64,000 bases of DNA from positions 672,001 through 736,000 of the forward strand of contig CAXXWC010000019.1 in NCBI GenBank assembly GCA_963668645.2, read 5' to 3'. Positions 31,701-39,269 of the stretch are shown piece by piece (position 1 is the stretch's first letter; every line of letters begins with the position of its first letter). A model generated the notes under the pieces. The model was not told where the DNA came from. It did no database searches and saw only the letters and a program-made list of their open reading frames with translations. Source of the DNA: Desulfobacterales bacterium. Lineage in GTDB: Bacteria > Desulfobacterota > Desulfobacteria > Desulfobacterales > UBA2174. Both the position numbers and the translations under genes were made by a program.

Positions 31701-33215
31701 GGCCTCGCTCCAGTAACGGCTCGACTGGTAGTCGGCGCGGAACTTGTACGTCCCGGCCGGAACCCGGAACACCGCCTGGCCGGATGCATCCGCGGTCGCG
31801 CTCAGATTCAGGTAGGTGCCCGCTTCGGTGAACGCGTACACCGGCACCCCTTCCAGCCCCTGACCGCTGCCGGTCACGCTCACCACCGCATCGGCCATGA
31901 GAACGGTCACGGTTGTATCGGCCAGCCGGAACACCGGCGACCAGAACCGGCCCCCCAACCAGTCGGCCCGTACCTTGTACGGTGCATCCGGCAGGTCGAA
32001 AACCGCCTGACCGGATGCATCCGTGTCCACGCACCGGTTCTGGTAGGCGCCCGACTCCGTGAAAAGATAGACCCGCACTCCGGCAAGCGGCGACAGACTC
32101 CCGGCAAAATCGGCCGACACCGTCACCGTGTTCGTCGCGTGCACGATCGGCAGATCCACCGCCGTGGTTTGCGGCACCTGGAAGACCTCGCTCCAGAACC
32201 GCGCCCCCAGATAGTCCGCCCGCACCTGGTAGCTGCCGTCGGCCAGGTCGAACACCACCTGGCCAGACGTATCAGTCGCCGCCGTCAGATTGAGATAGCT
32301 GCCGGACTCGTTGAAAACATAGCAGGGCACGCCAGCAAGTGCGGCACCCTGGCCGTCGGTCACTGTCACGGCCACCGCGGCTCCGCCAGTGGATATCGCC
32401 ACCTCGGTCACCGCGCCTTCAGTAAGATATGTGGCCTCGCTCCAGTAACGGCTCGACTGGTAGTCGGCGCGGAACTTGTACGTCCCGGCCGGAACCCGGA
32501 ACACCGCCTGGCCGGATGCATCCGCGGTCGCGCTCAGATTCAGGTAGGTGCCCGCTTCGGTGAACGCGTACACCGGCACCCCTTCCAGCCCCTGACCGCT
32601 GCCGGTCACGCTCACCACCGCATCGGCCATGGGAACGGTCACGGTTGTATCGGCCAGCCGGAACACCGGCGACCAGAACCGGCCCCCCAACCAGTCGGCC
32701 CGTACCTTGTACGGTGCATCCGGCAGGTCGAAAACCGCCTGACCGGATGCATCCGTGTCCACGCACCGGTTCTGGTAGGCGCCCGACTCCGTGAAAAGAT
32801 AGACCCGCACTCCGGCAAGCGGCGACAGACTCCCGGCAAAATCGGCCGACACCGTAACCGTGTTCGTCGCGTGCACGATCGGCAGATCCACCGCCACGGT
32901 CTGCGGCACCTGGAAGACCTCGCTCCAGAACCGCGCCCCCACATAGTCCGCCCGCACCTGGTAGCTGCCGTCGACCAGGTCGAACACCACCTGGCCGGAC
33001 GTATCGGTCGCCGCCGTCAGATTGAGATAGGTGCCGGACTCGTTGAAAAGGTACGTTTGAACGCCGGACAGGGGCTCGCCTGGCGCGCGAGTCACCTCGA
33101 TGGTGCAGGCGGTGGACGCTATGACGGCCGGCACGACGGCCAGGATTGGGATGATCAGGGTCAGTCCGGCCATATACCGGATGATTCGGCTGCCGCACCG
33201 ACTCGATCCTATCAT
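22746..33215 (-). CDS. rhs: Giant Rhs/YD-repeat polymorphic toxin-adhesin (~3,490 aa)
   Basis: GGGAGA RBS before ATG 33215. Domains in order: signal peptide, tandem carboxypeptidase-regulatory/SdrD-B-like repeats, Ig/PKD-like repeats, two FG-GAP regions, DUF6531-like segment (YNS...[12 protein letters not shown]), YD repeats, core [24 protein letters not shown]...[12 protein letters not shown], and a 107-aa low-GC tip. Confidence 0.95.
   Translation of the reverse strand: [3489 protein letters not shown]
31190..33049 (-). repeat. ~2.5 tandem copies of a 732-bp (244-aa) near-identical repeat inside rhs
   Basis: The TTGAAAA landmark at 33043, 32311 and 31579 is spaced exactly 732 bp; the translated units are nearly identical. 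Confidence 0.95.
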
Positions 33216-33766
33216 TGAGCTTCTCCCGGACCGCCTGCGGCCCCGCTGCCGCCTTCTGCCAGCTAACGCAGCACGGTAACAACAATATCGCTGCTCGCCC
33301 CGCGGCAACCGGGCGCCCCTGGGGCAACCCTTGATGGTGTAATGGCAGGTTTCAAAAACCGGTAGTAACGCGATTCGCTACACGATGGTAAAATGTCGGA
33401 AGCATGTTTTTGCGCTGGTACCAGGAATGAATTGAACTGTCAATAATAAAAATTTATTATATAAGTGTATTATAACTTCAGATGAATTGAGAAACTCGGC
33501 CTCCTTTTTGTTAATCAATATATATATATCCATTAATTACAGGATGTTTTACCAAACCCATCCAAAAGTCACACTTCATCATCCTGTGTCGGCCGCTTTG
33601 AAAAAAGTCCCATTCTTTACAGTGAAATTATAGCCTGATTTAAATTTAAATCGGTCAGTCACCGCCGGGCAAAACGTGTCGAAAACCGGCCGTTGACAAA
33701 CTGACGACGATAACTTTTTCATAATGAACATATTGACCAACTAAATCAGTTGACCGGGAGCCCATC

Positions 33767-34051
33767 ATGAAAAACATCACCATCTCGGTGGCCGAGGCCA
33801 AAAAGCAGTTTTCGGATTATATCAACCGCAGCGCACTTGGCGGGTGCCGGGTCATTATCACCAAACGCAACCGGCCGGTGGCCGCCATCGTGAGCTTACA
33901 GGACCTCCAAGACCTCGAACAGGTAGAAAAACGCAAGGGGCTGCTGGCGGTCATGGGCAAATGGGAAGGGTTCGAGGAAGTTGAAGAGGCCATTGAGGCT
34001 GCTGTAACAGCTCGCCATGCCGAAGGAAGCGGACGCGATGTATCTCTTTGA
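33767..34051 (+). CDS. Phd/YefM-family antitoxin
   Basis: ISVAEAKKQFS...VIITKRNRPVAAIVS pattern; overlaps the PIN toxin gene. Confidence 0.92.
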   Translation: MKNITISVAEAKKQFSDYINRSALGGCRVIITKRNRPVAAIVSLQDLQDLEQVEKRKGLLAVMGKWEGFEEVEEAIEAAVTARHAEGSGRDVSL

Positions 34052-34436
34052 TACGGATATTGTCACCAACATACACAAAAAGCGTCCTTCACCGGACCTG
34101 TTGCACCGTTTGGCGCGTGTGGCGCCGGACGAACAGCACATTTCGGTCATCACGGTGGCGGAAATCGTTTTCGGCGCGCAAAAGAGCCCCCGTCCTGAAT
34201 ATCATTTGCAGAACCTGCAAGCGCTGCTATCCCAAATTGCGGTTCTCGACTTTGACCTGAAAGCAGCCTACCTCGCCGGCAAGATTCGCGCCGCACTGGA
34301 ACGATCCGGCACACGTCTGGCCTGGGCCGACATCCAGATCGCGTCCATAGCGTTATCCAACGATTTGATGCTCATCACCGGGGATCTGCGCCATTTCTCG
34401 CGAATTTCCAGCCTCAGGGTCGCCAACTGGCTATAA
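34038..34436 (+). CDS. vapC: VapC PIN-domain toxin
   Basis: YLFDTDIV, SVITVAE and DIQIASIA...LITGD. Confidence 0.93.
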   Translation: MYLFDTDIVTNIHKKRPSPDLLHRLARVAPDEQHISVITVAEIVFGAQKSPRPEYHLQNLQALLSQIAVLDFDLKAAYLAGKIRAALERSGTRLAWADIQIASIALSNDLMLITGDLRHFSRISSLRVANWL

Positions 34437-34672
34437 CAAAACGTGGTCCGATTCGAGAATGCCGGTCTTGTCTGTCTTGGCTCGACTGAAGGCCAGTGGC
34501 ACGTTGAATGGATGGTCGTGGCGATTTGGGAAAGCACTTGACACTGGGAAAAGATCCCCTTAATTAGAAGGTCACTTTAATTATAAGCATATGCCCATAT
34601 AATCCTTTTTTATACCGACACCCAAATACCCGCCTGCCAAGGGCGCGCTGCATCGAAGGAGAATCGCCTTCA

Positions 34673-35521
34673 GTGAAATTGACCGTTCTGGTGGACAACA
34701 ACACGCTGATCGACCGCTATTTTCTGGCCGAACCGGCCGTATCCTTCTTTATCGAGACCGAACACCGCGCCATCCTCTTCGACACGGGCTACTCGGGAAT
34801 TTTCCTGGCCAATGCCGCCAAGATGGGCATCGACCTGTTCCGGCTCGACACCATCGTGTTGTCCCATGCCCACCTGGACCACACCTGGGGGTTGCAGCAC
34901 CTGATCCAGGCCTATACCGACGCCCGCTTTGAAAACCGTCCCGTGAACCGCCCGACCCTGGTGGCCCATCCCTGGATTTTCCATCCGCGCATCTTCGACG
35001 GCATAGGCAACATCGGCACCCTGATCACCCGGAAAACCGCCCAGGTGCATTTCGACCTGCAGCTGAGTCGATCGCCCGTGGATCTTGGCGACGGTTTGGT
35101 GTTTCTCGGTGAAATCGAACGCACCAACGACTTCGAAGCCGGCCGGACCATCGGCAAACGGATCGGTCCCGAGGGCGAAACGGATGACGACCTGAAAGAC
35201 GACTCGGCACTGGCCTTTTCCGGCCCGGAAGGCCTGGTGGTCATCACCGGTTGCGCCCATGCCGGCATCTGCAACACCGTGGCGCAGGCCATGAAGGTTT
35301 GCGCCCGCAACCGGATCGCCGACATCATCGGCGGCTTTCATCTGTTGTCCCCGCCCGAGACCCAAATGACCGAAACCGTTAATCATTTTAGAAATTGGCG
35401 CCCCGGGGCCGTGCATGCATGCCACTGCACGGACTGGCCTTCCAGGATGGCCATCGCGGCCGTGGCGCCCCTGCATGAAGTCGGTGTCGGTTTACAACTC
35501 ACCTACCCGTCGTCAACCTAA
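34673..35521 (+). CDS. MBL-fold metallo-hydrolase
   Basis: LFDTG, LSHAHLDHTWG, TGCAHAG, GGFHL and CHCT motifs; GTG start after AAGGAG. Confidence 0.9.
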   Translation: MKLTVLVDNNTLIDRYFLAEPAVSFFIETEHRAILFDTGYSGIFLANAAKMGIDLFRLDTIVLSHAHLDHTWGLQHLIQAYTDARFENRPVNRPTLVAHPWIFHPRIFDGIGNIGTLITRKTAQVHFDLQLSRSPVDLGDGLVFLGEIERTNDFEAGRTIGKRIGPEGETDDDLKDDSALAFSGPEGLVVITGCAHAGICNTVAQAMKVCARNRIADIIGGFHLLSPPETQMTETVNHFRNWRPGAVHACHCTDWPSRMAIAAVAPLHEVGVGLQLTYPSST

Positions 35522-35546
35522 TCACACTAATCACAAGGAGGAGAAT

Positions 35547-36680
35547 ATGGGAAAATCAGTGTTACAACGCAGAGCTGTCGTCCTGGTGCTGGCCCTGGGC
35601 CTGATCGTTTCCGGAGCCGGTCTTGCCGGCGCCGCTGAACCGATCCGTATGGGCGTGGCCGGAGCCCACAGCGGGGATCTGGCGTCCTACGGGATCCCGA
35701 CGGTCAAAGCGGCCGAGCTGGTAGCCAAGAAATTCAACGACCAGGGCGGCGTTCTGGGCCGGCAGGTGGTGCTGCTGGTCGAAGACGATCAGTGCAAAAC
35801 CGAGGTGGCCGTCAACGTGGCTTCCAAGCTGCTGTCGGAAAACGCCGATGTGGTCCTCGGCCACATCTGCAGCGGGCCGTGCAAGGCAGCTTTGAAGACC
35901 TACGAAACGCGCAACGTCATCGTGATGTCGCCCTCGGCCACCAACACCGATCTGACCAAAAGCGACATGCATCCGAATTTTTTCCGCACCATCGCGCCGG
36001 ATGACGCCCAGGCCAAGACCCAGGTCGACTTCGTGCTGGGCGTTTTGAAAGCCAAAAAGGTCGCCGTGCTCCACGACAAGGGCGACTACGGCAAGGGGCT
36101 TGCCGAGTTTGCCAAGGGATTTTTGGAAAAAGACCCGCGGGGCGAACTGGTGCTCTTCGAGGGCATCACGCCCGGGGCGGTTGACTATTCTGCCATCATC
36201 AACAAGGTCAAACGGTCCGGCGCCGAAGTCCTGCTCTACGGCGGATTCCACCCGGAAGCTTCCAAGCTGGTCCAACAGATGCGCAAAAAGAAGATGGACA
36301 CGATTTTCATCTCCGACGACGGGGTCAAGGATGACACCTTTATCAAGGTCGCCGGCGAATATGCCGAAGGGGTGTATGCCACCGGCCCCATCGACACCAC
36401 CCAGAACGCCCTGGCCAAGGCAGCCATCGAGGCGCATCGCAAAGCTTACGGCAGCGACCCCGGCGCGTTTTTCCTCAACGCCTACGCGGCGGCGACGGCC
36501 ATGTTGGAAGGCATGCAAAAGGCGGGAACCACCGAATTTGAGGCCCTTTCCAAGGCGCTGCGGGAAAACCGGTTCGATACCCCCATCGGGCGGATCGGAT
36601 TCGACGAGCGCGGCGATGCCATCGGAGTGGGATTTTCAGTCTTCCAGGTGCAAAAAGGCCAGTACCAGCAGGTCCAGTAA
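35547..36680 (+). CDS. livK: Branched-chain amino acid ABC transporter substrate-binding protein
   Basis: Signal peptide; GHICSG, SPSATN, FFRTIAPDDAQ and HDKGDYGKGLA; AAGGAGG RBS. Confidence 0.9.
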   Translation: MGKSVLQRRAVVLVLALGLIVSGAGLAGAAEPIRMGVAGAHSGDLASYGIPTVKAAELVAKKFNDQGGVLGRQVVLLVEDDQCKTEVAVNVASKLLSENADVVLGHICSGPCKAALKTYETRNVIVMSPSATNTDLTKSDMHPNFFRTIAPDDAQAKTQVDFVLGVLKAKKVAVLHDKGDYGKGLAEFAKGFLEKDPRGELVLFEGITPGAVDYSAIINKVKRSGAEVLLYGGFHPEASKLVQQMRKKKMDTIFISDDGVKDDTFIKVAGEYAEGVYATGPIDTTQNALAKAAIEAHRKAYGSDPGAFFLNAYAAATAMLEGMQKAGTTEFEALSKALRENRFDTPIGRIGFDERGDAIGVGFSVFQVQKGQYQQVQ

Positions 36681-36705
36681 CCGCTGCGACAAGCAGATCC
36701 AACGA

Positions 36706-36734
36706 TGCCGGCCGCAGCGAGCAGGCGGCCGGCA
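36706..36734. terminator. Hairpin between convergent livK and MFS genes
   Basis: Perfect 10-bp stem TGCCGGCCGC / GCGGCCGGCA. Confidence 0.5.
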
Positions 36735-36763
36735 CTCGACCCTTTTGCCCGCCAACGGCCGAA

Positions 36764-38089
36764 TCAGGATCCGGCCGGCTGGCCCCGTTCCGCTTTGCAG
36801 CGCGCCGGCTCCGGTCCGGCGCGCCGACCGAGGGTTTCACGGGTAAAAAAGTAGAGCACCGCCGACAGCGCCAGCCAGCCGATGCAAAACAAAAAGGCGC
36901 CGCGGAAGGCCCCCGGCCCCATGGTATCCTGGGGATCGAAGTGCTGCAGCAGGCTGCCGAGCCCCTGGAGAAAAAAAGCCACCCCGGCCATGGTGAAAAA
37001 GTTGATGCCGGTCATGGCGGTTCCCGCCGCCTCAATGGGCATGCGCTCTTTGATGTGGGCGTACATGATCTGGCCGGGGCCGCTGAAAAAGCCGAAGCTG
37101 AAAAACAGCACCACCAGCAAGGCGTAAGGCGCACCGGGTTTCAGGCACATCAAAACCGCCAGAACCACCAGCATCCCTCCCAGGCCGCCGATGACCACCG
37201 ACTTGCGCGCATGCAGGACGGCATCGGAAAGCCAGCCGCAAAACGGACAGCCCACCACCATACCGATGCTCATCAAAAAGAGCAGATTGCCGGCCGCCAG
37301 GGGGGAAACTCCCAGGGCCCGGATGAGAAAAGGGCCGGCCCACATGGCCTGCACCGCTGCGTAGATGCCGTAGCGGCAGAACGTTCCCAGCGAAATGATC
37401 CAGTAGTCGCGCTGGGCGAACAGTGCCCGCACCGAAGAAAAAAGCGATGCGGAGCGAGGGCTGCGCTGCGGCTGCCCGCCGGAGGCGGGCTCCGCCGATA
37501 AAGGACCGTCGCGCACCACGAGGAAGAAAACGGCGGTCAGCGCCAGGGTTATGACGGCCAGCAGCCGGAAGCTGCCGCGCCAGCCGACCGCTTCGACCAG
37601 CAGCACCAGCGGCGTGGCCGCCGCCAGGTTGCCGACGGTACCCACCGAGACCACCAGGGCCGAGAGGGTGGCGAACCGCGACGGACTGAACCAGAGGGTG
37701 ACCAGCTTCAAGGTCCCCATCAAATTGCAGGCCATCCCGATGCCGAGCAAAATCCGCGCCGCCAGCAAGGTGCCGGCACAGTGGGCCTGGGCAAAGAGCA
37801 GTGCCCCGGCCACGGCCGCCAGGGTCATTCCGGCCATGGCCCGTCGCGGACCGAGGCGGTCGAGAAAAAGACCGATGGGCAGCTGCATCAGAGCAAAGGC
37901 GTAAAAAAAGGCGGCCGATATCAGTCCCAGACTCCGGCTGTCCAGGGGGATGTCGGCCGTCAGGGACGGGAAGATCACCGCCATCGAGGCCCGGTAGAAC
38001 TGGGAAAGCACGAATAGCGAGCAGGCAAGAAAGAAGACAATCCAGCGGCGCGAGATCCATCGCCGCTGCGTTCCGGCGTGCAGATGCAT
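36764..38089 (-). CDS. MFS transporter
   Basis: Motif A GLFLDRLGPRR; ~12 TM; GAGG RBS before ATG 38089. Confidence 0.9.
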   Translation of the reverse strand: MHLHAGTQRRWISRRWIVFFLACSLFVLSQFYRASMAVIFPSLTADIPLDSRSLGLISAAFFYAFALMQLPIGLFLDRLGPRRAMAGMTLAAVAGALLFAQAHCAGTLLAARILLGIGMACNLMGTLKLVTLWFSPSRFATLSALVVSVGTVGNLAAATPLVLLVEAVGWRGSFRLLAVITLALTAVFFLVVRDGPLSAEPASGGQPQRSPRSASLFSSVRALFAQRDYWIISLGTFCRYGIYAAVQAMWAGPFLIRALGVSPLAAGNLLFLMSIGMVVGCPFCGWLSDAVLHARKSVVIGGLGGMLVVLAVLMCLKPGAPYALLVVLFFSFGFFSGPGQIMYAHIKERMPIEAAGTAMTGINFFTMAGVAFFLQGLGSLLQHFDPQDTMGPGAFRGAFLFCIGWLALSAVLYFFTRETLGRRAGPEPARCKAERGQPAGS

Positions 38090-38398
38090 CACAACCTCAC
38101 GGGCAACGCTATCGATCGTAAAAGGCATCGATGCCGCCCGCCGGACCGGGTCAGTCCGTTGATCGGCACCGACAAAAAGCACCGGCTGGCCGGTGCTGGG
38201 TGTTTGCTTCGCGTGTAAAAGGGCAGTTCAAATTGCCAGCCCGGAGCATAGCTGAAACCCGCGCCGATTGCCACCTTCTCTTTCAGGCAAAAGCCAGCGG
38301 GGATGCGTCTTAGCGTAAAACAGAGCGCTCAGGCAACACTCAGCGCAAAGGGCAGACAACCGTGCGCCCGACACCCCTTGGATCCGAACCGTTGCGGA

Positions 38399-38995
38399 TC
38401 ACTGCAAGCCTTTGAGGATATTCAGGACTCCGGCCAGACCGATGAAACTGTAGACAATTTTCAGGAACGTTGCGGCGGAAAAGCGCCTGGTGAGCATGTA
38501 TCCCATGACAGTAAAGCCGATAACCACCGGAACGGACAGGGCACCGATGCGGATGATTTCAAGGGACACCCCATCTCCGAAGCACACGATATTGAAAAGG
38601 CGCAGCAAGGTCGCAGTCAGAAAGACGACCTGCAGCGTGCTCTTGGCATCCGCAGGGTTTTCGTAGCGCGAATAGATAAAGAGGGCCAAAGGCGGTCCGG
38701 CAGCGGTGAAGGCGCCGGCCAGAAAGCCGCCGAGGACGCCGGCGGCCGCTCCCACGGCCATATGGAGCTTCCTGCAAATGTGCGGCCTGAAAAGCTCGTT
38801 GACGGCAAAAAGGATCGTGCAATTTAAAAAGAGCAAGAGGAAGGTTGTCAGGACCGAGGCCCGCTCCAGATCCCATTGTGTAAAGGCAATCCCGGCAAAA
38901 GCGATGATGCCGAAACCGAGACCCGTGAATCCCTGGGCAAAGGCGGCAAAAGCGACGATCAACTCAACTTGCAGGAAACATTGAAGATCGAGCAT
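38399..38995 (-). CDS. TauE/SafE-family exporter, apparently internally shortened
   Basis: AFAQGFTGLGFGII and GGFLAGAFTAAGPP motifs; only 198 aa. Confidence 0.65.
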   Translation of the reverse strand: MLDLQCFLQVELIVAFAAFAQGFTGLGFGIIAFAGIAFTQWDLERASVLTTFLLLFLNCTILFAVNELFRPHICRKLHMAVGAAAGVLGGFLAGAFTAAGPPLALFIYSRYENPADAKSTLQVVFLTATLLRLFNIVCFGDGVSLEIIRIGALSVPVVIGFTVMGYMLTRRFSAATFLKIVYSFIGLAGVLNILKGLQ

Positions 38996-39269
38996 GCCGT
39001 TGTCTTGCCCCTGACTTGTAGCTGTGTGGAATTGGGCGATACTTCAGCCGCACAAGATCGGCTCTCTATGACATGGTGCACGAAATGGCCGGCGGCGACC
39101 GGCATCTTCAGCCGGCCGCCGCTGGAATCTTTCCTCCCGCCGTCACATCGGGCGCTTTAGGCATACAAGCGCCAGCCACACGGCGCATCTTATCGTTATT
39201 TTTATATTTTTAGGACCGCAGGCTCTCCGCCCGCAGCATCGCAGGGCCTTATAACCGGCCGTGGCCGGC

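Noticed and set aside
33665..33710. GGGCAAA...CGAAA resembling a c-di-GMP-I riboswitch
   Set aside because: The P2 stem pairs poorly and the GACGCAAA/P3 elements are absent.
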